A stretch of DNA of 64,000 bases from NCBI GenBank assembly GCA_951406725.2, contig OX597822.1, positions 17,422,001-17,486,000 of the forward strand, given 5' to 3'. Under the pieces are notes generated by a model, which worked only from the letters and a program-made list of their open reading frames with translations, made no database searches and was not told the origin of the DNA. The position numbers and the translations under genes were made by a program. The stretch is from Octopus vulgaris (lineage: Eukaryota). Below, one piece after another: positions 13,406-26,739 of the stretch; the stretch's first letter is position 1, and every line of letters starts with the position of its first letter.

Positions 13406-13860
13406 GGAACTCCATAGACAATGATCAAGGTATGATAAATAACATGTCAATAACATGTGGGTTTTTTTGTTGTTGTTACTGTTGTTTTCAATATCAAAAC
13501 ATGTATGCAGAACATAATGCATTACATCAAAATATTACTCATCCATTCCTTTATCAGTATATAAAAAGATCAAGTCTGTACACACAATACAAGGAAAGTT
13601 ATATCAATTTTAAAACAGTAGGCACTCGTGTTTTTGCTACATCAAAAAACAAAACAATAATAATGCAATGCCAGGGTAAAGAATTCTAGGAGCAATGCAG
13701 TGTACTAAAGGTTAATGAATGGGCTAAGTACACTTAAGAGAAACTCAGAAAACTAAATACCACAATGTATTTTTATTGAATACATTTTAATTCTCTTTCC
13801 TCAAGTTGAAACACACACACAAACTCATATATAAATGCTGTACACAAGCACATAGATACT

Positions 13861-13985
13861 ATGGGTCTCTCCACAGTTTCTGTCCACTAAATTTCACTCA
13901 CAAGGCATTAGTTAGCTATAAGCTATTGTTGATGACATGTGCCCAAGGTATGATGCAGTGGAATCAAATCTGGAATCATGCTGTT
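13861..13985 (-). mobile_element. Degenerate head/core of tRNA-derived SINE
   Basis: cagtttctgtccactaaatttcactcacaaggc..tgcccaaggt..gcagtggaatcaaatctggaatcatg, similar to 63435-63550. Confidence 0.55.
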
Positions 13986-15868
13986 GTGATAGAAACTGAA
14001 ATTTCTGAATTATATGCCTAAGCCAGCAACCCGATGATAATTCATTAATTTTAATTTTTTAACACAAGGATATCAAAGTACCTCATTAAGAAACAGAAAT
14101 TGCAAGTCAAGATAAAAATCAAATTAATGTTTTAATACATTATTTTATCATTTATTCATCAATACAAAAATATTATCTAAGGTTACTTCTAAGATAACAG
14201 ATAACAATTTACAAATAAAGTTTATGTGTAAAACGAACCATGTGTACTAAACTTTCTATTTTCTGAATAGGCTTACACAAACTTTAAGAAGTCTTTACCT
14301 TCACTCATTATAACATAGCAAGCACCAGGATGAGAATGGTGAAAGACTAGAGAACAGTATATTTTCATGGAGGATATCAAAGGTGTCATGAAGGTGTCTG
14401 GTTAAGTAGAATTGAGTTCTTGTTGCAGTTACCCCAATGGAAGTCCAATATCTGAATGTGAGTTGAGATGGTACAATGGCTTCAATTCAAATTGAGTTGA
14501 ACTTGAAATTTTAGAGGAGAGTTTGGTCATGAGTACTGTGTCACAGAAGAGCAGTTTGCATTCTGTCCAGAATACGATTCCATGTCAAAAACATTTTCCC
14601 ATTAAAACCAGTTTATTCTATTCCATATTATTGACTACAGTCATAAATCAGAGGTACACACAGTGACATGAAATGATACAGCATGCAATTGAATCTGTAT
14701 TGCAAATTCAAACTGCATTTATTTTATTACAATGTTTTCTGACAACTAAATAAGGTATATATCTTTCAAAAAATATTAAATCATAGACAGATGTACATAG
14801 GGAAAGCAAACATATCAGCAATTGCTACTACTGTTATCTATACAGAGTTTAAGAACCACTTAAGTTATCTATCAGTGTTCATCCATTTAATACCTATCTG
14901 CTTGAAACAATATGTATGAAAGTATTCATATCTAAAATAAAGTTTTATTCAAACCTACTTAGCATGAATGAGAGTGAGATTTCAGTCAGTCAACACAATA
15001 TATCAACACAATATATATCAATTTATAAACTTACAACAAAATCTTGACTATATTCAGAATTGAAACACAAAGTGTGTCTACTAATTAGAAACATAGTCTC
15101 AGAATGGTTAAGCATAATAACCTTTTGCAGCTGTTTCATATTTATTTATGTCAGATGAAACAATTATTGAAATAGAATATTTAGATTAGAATGACAATAT
15201 AACTGAGTTTTCATCAATGGAATAAGTATTACTGTGAATATTTTGTGTATCCTATCATTTCCACAGAGGTGGTCAGTGAATATATTGTAGTATTCCGCTG
15301 TCTTGTTTAAGTGCACAACTATGGTGATAAGCACTGATTTTATGGTCATGTGGTCATTAGATTAAAGTTTCACAAAATCATAAGCTCATAATCTATGATC
15401 ATGTTATAATTACAATAATACAGAAAAGTTAATTATGCAACAATTTCCAAGTAAAAGTAAATCCTGAAACAGTAAATAGCCTGACGATAACAATGAAACT
15501 TTAAAAAAAAATTTTTTTTTTAAAGTCTATACCTAAAAATACTGAAACAATCATTACTGCAATACTAAAGCCCTTGCAATGTAGAATGCAGACCTTTTTA
15601 TTCATGTTCATGTTGAAATAATTGAAGAAACTTCTAGTACTGGTTACTTTTCATTGCAGTTACCAGTGACTCAAGATTACTCAGTTCATTTTCATGGATA
15701 ATTTAAGTAGACACCTGGACCACGTCAATTAGTTTCATTTTTTCATGTGAACATATGAAAAGACTACAAAACAAAAGTCTGACAAAAGTCTGAAACACTG
15801 AGATACATAAAGAAAGATATTTTGGAAGGCATCAAGAAATCTCCAGTAATTAGCTTCGGATTATAAAC

Positions 15869-16264
15869 AGGTACAGGTGTGACTGTGTGGTAAGAAGTCT
15901 GCTTGTCAACCATGTGGTTTTGAGTTCAGTTCCACTGTGTGGCGTCTTGGGCAAACGTCTTCTACTATAGCTCCAGGCCAACCAAAGCCTTGTTAGTGGA
16001 TTTGGTAGACAGAAACTGAAAGAAGCTAGCAGCATATATATGTTGTGTGTGTGTGTGTATGTGTGTGTTTGATCCACCACCACCACCACAGCTTGGAAAC
16101 TGGCGGGTCTGTTAACATCCCTGTAATTTATCTGTTTAGCAAAAGAGACCAATAGAAAAAGTACCAGGTTTTCCAAAAATAAGAACTTGATTTGTTTAAA
16201 TAATCCTTGAAAGCAGTGCCTCAGCATGGCTGCAGTCCAATGACTGAATCAAGTAAAAGATAAA
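15869..16264 (+). mobile_element. tRNA-derived CORE-like SINE (octopus OR/OK-like), full length
   Basis: A-box-like tgactgtgtgg, B-box-like gagttcagttcc, cttgggcaaa core, internal (TG)n, tail cagcatggctgcagtccaatgactgaatcaagtaaaag; homologous to 63125-63590. Confidence 0.8.
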
Positions 16265-18497
16265 TGTAGAAAGATTCTGCAAGTCAGTTATAACATGAGT
16301 ATGGGTTTTAATGTTACATAAATCATACATAATACCTAACAGCATCATTACCAACAGGTATATGGGGAAGTCCTAGTATGTGTCATCTGTTTGAAAAAAC
16401 TGCAAAAAATCTTCAATCAAAAAATGTTTTAATCTAAGATACAAAAGGATGTGTTTAGATGTAATACTTTTAATATTTTGTGGAGTTACTTGATTATGTT
16501 GCTAAACACATATTTGTTACAAAGAGTTCAGATAGTGGAATAAATTTTATGCAGCTAGAAAAATGAAAAATGAAAAAAAAGTGTTTATGAAATTTCGTGT
16601 AGAGAAACATCAGTAACAGCATAATGTATGAACACATATATAGTTACAATAGAATTAGACTATTTCCAAATTTTTATAAGCAAAATTCATGATTTGGTTT
16701 CAAAATCAATTTGAAGGAGTTGCTGGTGACCTTACAGACATGCTCTCCATAGTTTATCATTTTACTGTGGTAAGTAAAGATATATGTACAAAGACACAAC
16801 AAATCTGTTGAAGCATGGAAATAGAAATCCCTTTCATGTTTGCAGTAATATTTATTATAGAAATAACATTTAAACTGGTATCTCTTCTACTCACCCACAG
16901 TGTATACCTAAAATATTATTTGAAATGAATATAACCAGAATACACTTCAAAGATTTGCCAGACAACTCTACTCAATACAACCTGATCCATTCCAACATTA
17001 CAAGTGTAATGTTCCACATATCACAAAAATTAGAAATCCAGATTTTAGAGTAATTCATTGCAGATTTATGTAAAAAGACATTCACAACACGGGTGAAAAA
17101 CAACTCAGGTAGTTAGGATTTAAGCTTCACCCTCCTTCAAAAATGTTTACAAAAATGTCTCATATCCATTTGATCACATATATGATATAACAAGTAAAAT
17201 ATAATTTCTCTTTGTCATTAATTGTTGATAGTATCTTTATAACATAGGCATAGAAAATATAACAAAATGCTCTTAGAAGCATAATCTACAGAAATATCTT
17301 ATTATGTGCATAATAGACTAAGAACTAAATGAAATGAGTGCAGATTCAAACATGTATAACACAAATAAAGTTTATCAAAATAAAATTGCATAAATTAACA
17401 TATAATGTATTTATCAGATAGGGATCAGTAAGTATACTATTATTGCTCTCTTCTTATTCCAATAAAAGGAAACAATGTTTTTACTTTATGGGCCTAATTA
17501 CTATGAAAAAGCCCTAGAAGCAGTACATATATATATAATTGCTAGTAATTAAAAAATGTTATTGCCAGTAAAATCAAGAGTTAATTTGCTATTAAGCTTA
17601 CAGTGTTAATAACAAAAATGATTTTTAATAATTGCAACTAAATACAAAAATTTCAAAAAACAATATGGCATCCTGAAAGACAAGAGAGAAAAAGACCAAA
17701 GTAACTATAGCAAGCTACTCATCACTTAAGTCCATAAATAATAACACAGCATGTCAAGCTAGTATACTCTGTAGGACTAAATAATATCTAACTGTAACAG
17801 TCAAAGTGTGATCAGAAGAGCAGGAATATCTAAAATGAAGAGTGAAGCAAATGAAAAATAGCCATTTCATGACTAAATGTCACTTGAAACAGCAAAGAGA
17901 AAATAAAGCAAACAGCTATTTTATTTGGTTTGGATATAATAGATAGCCAACTGGAGCCAAACTGGCTTTTAGAAAAGTAGATCAAGCTCTGAAGCAACAC
18001 TTAGTCAAAATTTCAAGAGAATATATTTAAAAGAGCTGTTCTAGTAGCATATACAATACTACGTAAATGTCTGAGAATGAGTGAGACATTTTCTTTCCCA
18101 TATAAATGATGTACGTACTATAATAAAGTTATTTGTTGTATATAAAGCAGAATTTCATTTTATATGATAGCATGTCAGTGGCAATAAAAACCTGTTTTAC
18201 AAAGCTCAAAGTAATTACAGTGGCTGTTTAATATCTCAGGTGACAAAATTATCTTCACACAGGAACTATATAGGAGAAACATGAATCGGTAAACAACCAA
18301 CTTACAACAGTCATAAAGCTATTCTATTTTTACACAGTTGAACAAAGATAGAATTCAAAGTCCAAAAATTTTATTGTGACTAAATTTATTCACACATATT
18401 GATCATTGGTATAAAACATTATCAAATACCAATAATATATAAACTTAAACATGCAAACATAAACATGGTTGTATCATTCCAGAATCCCATTCTTTAC

Positions 18498-18499
<2 letters not shown>

Positions 18500-18574
<75 letters not shown>
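18500..18574. repeat. (GA)n microsatellite
   Basis: Perfect dinucleotide run. Confidence 0.98.
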
Positions 18575-18576
<2 letters not shown>

Positions 18577-18819
18577 AGGGATATTTGGAATAAACAATAA
18601 AATTTTTTCAATGACAGTTTAGAAAACAATTACTTTTAATTTAATTGAAGTGTATATGGTGGCATTCTCCTGCTGCTCTTAAAACACTTTGCTTTCTGCA
18701 TTCGTATTTTATCCTAAACTCAAATTTATCGAGTTTCATGAAATGTTTACTGTATGATTCGATAATGAGTTTTAACATAGGTTCAAAGCTACAAATTCAA
18801 GAGGGGCAATGTAATTGAT

Positions 18820-18940
18820 TATATCAACCTCAATACTTGATTTATGCATATATAATCGACCCCCAGAAAGATGAAAGTCAAAATTGATGCCAACAGGATT
18901 TGAAATAGGAACATGAAAAGACATAGCTAAATACTGCAAT
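18820..18940 (-). mobile_element. Degenerate Deu/Nin-domain-like SINE
   Basis: atcgacccccagaaagatgaaagtcaaa..ggatttgaa resembles the reverse complement of 40610-40670. Confidence 0.5.
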
Positions 18941-21360
18941 ACTTTTATTTATTTCTCTCTCAAGTTTACCATCTCTCACTTTTATGATTTAATAATACGA
19001 ATATTTTAATGTTGATAATAAGTATACCCATTACTCTAAAGCAATAAAAGTTTGGTTTGAATTTTCCAAATTAGAAACATCTGCAGCCAGAACATCAGTC
19101 TCACTTAACAAAATAGAACCTAGGTGCATATTGCCATAGCATTCTTATAAGTTCTATATGTTCACACATGTTCTTTGTAGTTAAATATGCAAATGAGCAA
19201 GTAGACACAAATTCACTGCAGTCAAAACTGCAGATATACTAATAGGAATTGGTATCACTAATGAAGAGATTCTATGCAGAGCCAGTTCCACAAGCATTGA
19301 ATCAAAGACTCTGGAAAGCATAGTTTTCACTATGCTTTCTGAACATGGCAACTGCATGGATAAATAAAGAATTCTTCAACAAAAAAAAAAAATAATAATT
19401 CTTGGGCAACAAAAAAGAAGCTACAGTAAAGCTATTTGAGCAAAAATAATATTTTCATATAAATCTAAATTTCTTTAGTTTCTAAATGTCTGTCTGATAT
19501 TGTAAAGTCTATGATCTGCTCTGCTTAAACTTAGGCATTATAATATTGGCAATTCCTACCTGCCAACACTTAAGAAATATTTAAAAACACATCTCTGCAC
19601 CCAATTCTATATATTTTATTACAGTGTTTCAGTAAGGTTCTAAATAAACAATCTGCAATTTTTTCTCTTAATGAAAAGATAATATGTATTTAATATTGAG
19701 TCAAGCAATTCTATAGGGTTGTAAGCAGGACTCAAAATTACAAGAAGGACGGAAGACCAACTTTTTTTTTTTTAACATTTTAGTAACATCAGCAACATTT
19801 GTAAACAAGCATCTTCTTGTTATGAGTACAAAAGCTAACCAAATGGAACCAGTAAAAAAGACTGAACCTTTAAATCATCTTGCAACTTTAAGTGATTCGT
19901 TTAAGGAGGACTAAAAATAAAATCCAAAATAGCTAATAACTATACACTCAAATTTAGCCTGGTTTCAGCAACATTTGACAGTGCCATGACACTAAAATGT
20001 CAAATGGCATTTAGTTTTATTTGTTATTTACTAATTCTTATAATCTTAAAGTTTAATATTATTTTGCCTTCAAATATTATTGTGATATAGTAAAAAATTA
20101 AATCTTGTTAAATGGTTAAATATCTGCTATAGTGACCTGTAAAGAACCACTACAAGAAATGTTCCCAAAACAATTGTTTTGCCTTAGGAAACCTTAATAC
20201 ACTATGATGTCTGCCTAAAACACTGGCACTTACTTTTCTGTAGAATTCATGTTCAAAATTTCATGCCCATGCATTTCATGAAAATACTTAAATATGAAAT
20301 AGCAACTAACCCAGAAAATGGAAACCAACATAGAAAACAGTCATTATTGAGTTTTCCTTTTCAGTATTTTCTTCTCAGAAATGTCTTTCACAGACCATAA
20401 GAGCCATGTGCATAGTTGTAGTAAGTTTCAACTTCGGCAGATAAAAGACCTCACAAAACGTAACATGGAATGTTAATTTGCATTCCAATGTCCAAGAGTA
20501 AAATAACATAATTAGGTAATTTCTCTTCTAAAAAATATTATACTTTTGCCCATCAGGACAAATTAAGATAAAATAAATCTCTTGTAATCTACCACTGCAT
20601 ATCAAAATTATAATTAACAGAGAAGCATTTAAAACTGATTTAAGGAGAATTGTGACTGCTCCTTAGAAATGAAATAATTTCTTAAATAATATTTAAAGAC
20701 TTACAACTATCTTTGACAGTTTTCTAATTAGTGCTTAGAGTTCTCTAATTAAGAAACTAAACAAAGAATAAATAAATGAACTGTCTTTCAACAAATATTG
20801 ATAAAGTGCCTTGTCAAAAATGTTGAAAATCACAGAAATTTAATTGCCTTATGTCACTATCAATTGCATTTGTATGAAACAATATTAAACAAAGAAATAT
20901 CCTTAAAATTGACAATCTCGTGTTAATTTAAAAAATCAGTTTCAGTTGTACATAAGTGATACTCTAAAATATTTCTATTATTATCCCTGAAAACAATGTA
21001 AAAATTGCCAAGAACAAAAAAAAAATGCTAAATCTGGTAAACTATTTTATTTCTCCTCTATCATGAATATAACCTCTAATTTAAATCCCACTCAATACTT
21101 GCTATCCAGTATGCAAGGTTCACTGATTTCTCTTAGGCAAATACTATACCTAAAACCCATAATGCTTTCTGAGGGATACACAAATAGAAAAAGGAAAAAA
21201 AAAATAGAGTTTCTACTTATTTAGCTTACTCCCAACCAAAACCCTTCTATGGTTTCTCAACTTTGTAATTCAGAGGTTTTGCTTTGCAAATTTCACCAAA
21301 TAAGGTATGTAAGAAGAGAAAATAGAAGTTGTAACAGCATAGATGGAATGACACATGTAT

Positions 21361-21560
21361 TTAACTCATTAGAATTGAAATCTACTTTATCCTGTCCCAA
21401 AATTCCTCAGGCTGTATGGTCAAACAGGCCAGATCCAGGCATCATACCTCACCTACAATGTCATTCCCAAAACAAACAAAAGCTACAAATTAATGTATGA
21501 TTAACTCAAAAGAATGTGAATTACTAAGCATTACATTTGACAGAGTAATCTAAATGCATC
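21361..21560 (-). mobile_element. Short non-autonomous element, reverse copy of 36279-36512
   Basis: caaacaggccagatccaggcatcatacctcacctacaatgtcattc is the reverse complement of the core of the 36279 element; begins ttaactcattagaatt. Confidence 0.5.
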
Positions 21561-22291
21561 CAGAGAGATGAAATCCTATTCATAGGAAAGACACCTTACT
21601 GTTCATCCAGCTAAAACAGGTTAATTTCTTCTCCATGCTTGACTATTTTGTAGGAGGATGACAAAAGCATCAGAATCACTTCTAACAAAATGCAGCTTCA
21701 GGAACCATTTCATTTGTACAAGCACGGAAAACAAAGAGCAGAATAGTAACAAACTGTTCATCAGAAACTGTGTCATCTGAATGTTACTGAAGATGGAAAG
21801 ATTTTTTCTGTTTCTTTTCTCTTAATGGCTTAGTTCGAGCAGGAAAGGTAGAGACTGATAGAAAGATAGATGTAAGTGATCCTCAGATCAGAGACCAGGT
21901 CTAAATGCTTGCAACAGAATGCATTCTGTTAAAGATACCAGCAATGAGGTGGTGTGTTGTTTAAATGGGAAGATAGAACCAAAAAACAGGAATAGTCTCC
22001 TCAACAGGCTTCCACCCAGTTTCCATTTACCAAATATCACTCACACAGCATGACAGTGGGATTGAACTTGAAACCACAGGGTTGCAAATTATACTTCTTA
22101 ACTGTATACTTGTGCACATACTGTCATGTAGTTGTAAAGTATCCCCAATAAGTCTTATGGCTGTAAATCATCTTAGAAAACACAGAATTGTAATTTATCA
22201 AAGTGCACAAATCTAATTACATTTAAAAACGCATTAAACTCTGTTTCTGTCTGTCTGGGTGTCTGTCTCTCTCTGTCACTGTCTGTCTGTT

Positions 22292-22294
<3 letters not shown>

Positions 22295-22334
<40 letters not shown>
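22295..22334. repeat. (CT)n microsatellite
   Basis: Read directly from the sequence. Confidence 0.95.
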
Positions 22335-22337
<3 letters not shown>

Positions 22338-23264
22338 AGTGCATGTGTAAAATACCTACCAAAAAGAAATAAATAAAAAAGAGAATTAGTGAATTGAATT
22401 CTCTAACAATATAAGTTAATGATGATGATGCTCCAAACCCATGCAATATTGTTTACTTCAATGGTAGACAGACAAGATGTTTTATAGAAAGATGGTAAAG
22501 AGAAAAACAAAGGATTGGTATCATGAGATGCTGTTGACATAGTTGTCTATGAACAGATCTATCAAAATGATATTACAGTGCAAGAGCAAATACAATATAT
22601 GTCAAAGTCAGGAGAAGTCCAAAGGATAAACTTTCACCACTCAAATTGAAATTGCATCATTTCATCCATACTAGAAGCAATAAGATCTTTCTTTGTTCAC
22701 TTGTCATCAGTTTTGATTGCATAGTTTTATTGAAGATGATAAGTAAATAAGAACTTACAAGCAATGCTAGCAAAGAGGATAAATAAAAAGGAATCATTTG
22801 TATTGATGATCAAATAAAATGCATTGTCATAGTCAGAAGTTAAATTATAAACAATGACAAGTTTTTGAGAACTTGGAGTACATTAGTGATGCTATCTCAA
22901 TGAATAGCTTTCAGTGTCAATAGTAAAAGTGAGGGTCATTTTTTTTTTTATCTTTGGATTTCTTTTTTTTTTACAATAAACACCATTGTCTTATAGGCAT
23001 TAAGTACAGGATACAACTTCTCAAAAATCTATGACTAAATAAGAATGCAACAGAATATTTAAATGCTTCCACTAAGAATTAATATTCTTGAAAAGTTATT
23101 CTTTCAATTACAGCTGATTGCAATAAAGAAGTTTATGTAAACATGACTTTTTAAAAAATATATTTTAAAACATGACTTTTAAAAAAATATATTCTCATTC
23201 ATTCAGAAATGTAATAATAGATTCACTTTGAGAACATTAAAACTGATATTTAAAATTATTATAA

Positions 23265-23445
23265 TTGTTTAGCTTCAGGCCACCTCTAATTCAGCAGAAC
23301 TATAACCAAAGGCATTCTACTCATCATCACTTGACCTTCCTTCAGATATCTAAGATACATTATTTAATTTGTTTCCCACCTAATTCTTTAAGACTATAGA
23401 ATGTACACTATAGATTTAGCTTCAATTTCTAGCAAATAGAGCCTC
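23265..23445 (-). mobile_element. Old interspersed repeat (3' tail family; also at 38775-38965 and 42918-43085)
   Basis: ttgtttagcttcaggcc..ttcagcagaactataaccaaaggcattc..atttctagc resembles the reverse complement of the other two copies. Confidence 0.45.
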
Positions 23446-23747
23446 TTAAAAAATATCAGCTAAATTCCATCTGTACTTCACAGACACTGGCTAATTATCT
23501 GGGCAATACAAGACAAATAGCAGAAATCAAACCTATACTAGATACAGTAGTTAATGAGAAACAGATATAGCTATTAGAATTAATCACTATAGCATTCCAC
23601 TGAAGTATGAAAACCCTGTTTTAATTAAAATGTTTTACTCATTTTCTGGTGATAGGTTGAACAAAAATCCATCCTACTTAGATTTCTTTTTCATTTTTTT
23701 TTTGTTGTTTCTCACTCAATCATCCACTTTCAAAAAATTAGTCAAAT

Positions 23748-24263
23748 ATTATGTTTGAGTTTTATAAAAACAAATAACCACACAAAACTTGGACACATAG
23801 AAATCTTATTAAAATTTCATGAAATAATAATTTAATAGTTCTAGTATTAAGTATTATAAGTAGAATTTGCTATGATCTACTTCTTGTATGTTTTCAGTTC
23901 TTCACTGTAGTATTCACACCCCAGTGTAAATAAACCTATGCAAAGTCTATAATTATGACAGAATGGAAACATTGTAAACTGCACAACAGCTGCACTTTTT
24001 CTCAATTCTAAAAATGATTAACATCTACTTTATAGTTGTATAAGATGTTAATTGTATAATAGCTCAGATCTAGAAACATTACATTCAAAATTCCAAAACT
24101 GAGAGATTTCTGAGTGAACAGTATGCTTGGTAATTTAATCTGTCAACCAACAGATTTGTTAAAACTGTATGCTCAATGATCATATTATTCACACACTAAT
24201 TTGGTTGCTGGAGTGAACATAGTCACTTCTCTGATGCTATTATATGGATGTTAAATGAACATG

Positions 24264-24267
<4 letters not shown>
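23748..24267 (+). repeat. 520-bp direct duplication, copy 2 (probable donor, in non-TE sequence)
   Basis: Matches 11699-12218 at offset 12049; followed by (TA)n(CA)n. Confidence 0.95.
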
Positions 24268-24312
<45 letters not shown>

Positions 24313-24512
24313 CAATAAAAAGAAGACAAAGAAAATTCTTTAACACATTTTTAATTGTAAGTTACAAACGTTTTCAAAGCAAGTCCATTTGCAACACCAG
24401 TTTATGCAAGAATTCTAAGATAAAAATCACATAATGTCTGTGCTTTTAGGCATTGGAGAGGCACATCCTCAGACTTGCAAAGGCATGCTATTACATTGTA
24501 CCACACACACAC

Positions 24513-24586
<74 letters not shown>

Positions 24587-24970
24587 AACACACACATATA
24601 AAATCATATTTAACTTAACACATTCATGTATGCTTGAACACAGGAAGGCCTTTGACTGTGGAAATAATCCTGGGAGAAATTTAAAGAAAATATTGTGAAA
24701 ACGCATTAGGCTATGATTGACAACATCAGATCATAGGGTACATGCATTTCTGTATCATCCTGTTTCATCAGCTATGAATACCAAATTAGCCTTTTGCAAC
24801 CATACAAAAAGGACTGTTTATATATATAAGAACAGGAAACAGTACATTTGCCTGATGTGTACAAAACTTAGTCGAGTGAGTACAGCCACAAGAAGCAGCA
24901 CTGTATGAAATTTATGCATGTAATATATATATATATATATATATATGATGATGATGATATATATATATAT

Positions 24971-25360
24971 CCTTTTACTCTTTTACTTGTTTCTATCATT
25001 TGATTGTGGCCATGCTGGAGCACCATCTTTAGTCAAACAAATTGACCCCAGGGCTTATTCTTTGTAAGCCTAGTACTAATACTATCAGACTCTTTTGATG
25101 AACTGCTAAGTTACGAGGATGTAAACACACTAACATTGGTGTCAAGCGATGGTGGCGGAACAAACACAGAAATACAAATACACACACACGCATACACATA
25201 TATATTATGATACAACAGGCTCCTTTCAGTTTCTGTCTACCAAGGCTTTGGTCAGCCCGAAGCTATAATAGAAGACACTTACCCAAGGTGCCACGCAGTG
25301 AAACTGAACCCGGAACCATGTAGTTGGGAAGCAAGCTTGTTACCATACAGCCACTCCTAC
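24971..25360 (-). mobile_element. tRNA-derived CORE-like SINE, full length
   Basis: ttttacttgtttctatcatttgattgtggccatgctggagcacc ... cccaaggtgccacgcagtgaaactgaacccggaaccatg..ttaccatacagccact. Confidence 0.85.
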
Positions 25361-25390
25361 ACATACATATATATAGAAATTCTTTTATAA

Positions 25391-25622
25391 TTTTACTTGT
25401 TTCAGTCATTTGACTGCAGTCGTGCTGGAGTACCACCTTTAGACAAAGAAATCGACCCCAAGATTTATAAGCCAAGAACTTATTTGTAAGCCTAGTACTT
25501 ATTCTTTTGGTTTCTTTCGCCGATATGCTTAGTTACAGGGATGTAAACACACCAACATCAGTTGTCAAGTGATGGTGGGGGACAAAAACAGACACACAAA
25601 CACACGTGCGTGCACACACACT

Positions 25623-25675
<53 letters not shown>

Positions 25676-26470
25676 TCCTCATCATCACTTAACATCTGTT
25701 GTTCATGCTGGAATGGGTTGGACGGTTTGACTGGGCTGGCATGCTGGAAGGCTGCACCAGGATCCAGTCTGATCTGGCAGGGTTTTCTACAGCTCGATGC
25801 CTTTCCTAATGCCAACCACTCCAAGAGTGTAATGGGTGCTCTCACGTGTCACCTGCACAGGTGCCATTTGCATGACACCAGAATGTTCCATGACTGCAAT
25901 TTTGCTTGGCTTGATGGGTCTTCTTCTCAAGCATGACATAATGCCAAAAGTCTTGGTCACTGCCTCTGTAAGGCCCAACACTCAAAAGGAGCTCGACCAC
26001 TTTGCCTCTATGAGGCCCATTGCTTGAAAGAAACTCAGCCACTTAACCTCTGTAAGGCCCACTTGAAAGGAACTCAGCCACCTTGCCTCAACACTCAAAG
26101 GGAACTCAGTCACTTTGCCTCTGTCAGGCCCAATGCTCAAAAGGTACTCAACCACTTTGCCTCCGTCAGGCATGAAATTCAAAGGTTGATTATTCTATGT
26201 GCCACCGGCACCTGACTTGACAGGTCCTCTTAAGCAGAGCACATTGCCAAGGGTCTCAGTCACTAGGTTCAAAATTTGAAAGTCATGCTTCACCACTACA
26301 CCCCATGTCTGGGCATCTTTCAGTTTCTGTCTCCCAAATCCACTCACAAGGCTTTGGTCAGCCCGAGACTATAGTAGGAGACATTTACCCAAAGTGCCAT
26401 GCAGTGGGAGTGAACCTGGAACCATGTGATTGGGAAGCAAGCTTCTTACCACACAGCCACGCCTGTGCCT
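25391..26470 (-). mobile_element. CORE-like SINE split by a nested RTE 3' fragment
   Basis: SINE tail 25391-25670 and SINE head 26308-26470 are collinear once 25672-26307 is removed. Confidence 0.8.
25672..26307 (-). mobile_element. RTE LINE 3' UTR fragment with internal ~42-bp tandem repeats
   Basis: Tail atcatc..catgctggaatgggttggacggtttgac; homologous to 2290-2740; repeat units tgcctctgtaaggccc..aaaggaactcagccactt at 25961-26170. Confidence 0.85.
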
Positions 26471-26739
26471 ATATATATATATACAAACCTTTCATCAAGT
26501 AAAAGATTAAAGTTTATATCATAAGTATTCTTCAAATTCTTCTGAAACTATTGCATTAGAGCTGTCTGTGATAATGTTTTTAAATGAATATTAAGTATCG
26601 AATATAAAATTATCCTTCGTGTTCTTGTATATTTGAATTGTTGCTCATGGCTAAACTTCCAGATAAGGAAACTATTTTCTCACTTAAGACTTTTGAGAAT
26701 TTGCTGCATTCAATCTCTTCTCCTTAATTTCACATTTTA

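Larger units (their letters stand above)
10937..13711 (+). mobile_element. Full-length decayed piggyBac DNA transposon with TIRs and TTAA target duplications
   Basis: TTAA at 10933-10936 then CCTTTAATGTGCTGC; GCAGTGTACTAAAGG then TTAA at 13712-13715 (reverse complement CCTTTAGTACACTGC); transposase remnants lie between. Confidence 0.85.

Noticed and set aside
14429-14457. Plus-strand 29-nt exon ttcttgttgcag|TTACCCC..CTGAAT|gtgagt
   Set aside because: Isolated, with a short pyrimidine tract, on the opposite strand to the other splice signals and with no recognisable peptide; not distinguishable from chance.
17602-17700. Strong minus-strand acceptor at 17673 with a possible 71-nt exon
   Set aside because: The putative exon is extremely T-rich and intron-like; such acceptors are common on this T-rich strand.
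11699-24267. The two 520-bp direct repeats as LTRs of a 12.5-kb LTR retrotransposon
   Set aside because: No shared TG..CA ends, no TSD, no PBS/PPT and no gag/pol between them; the piggyBac frame continues straight through copy 1.
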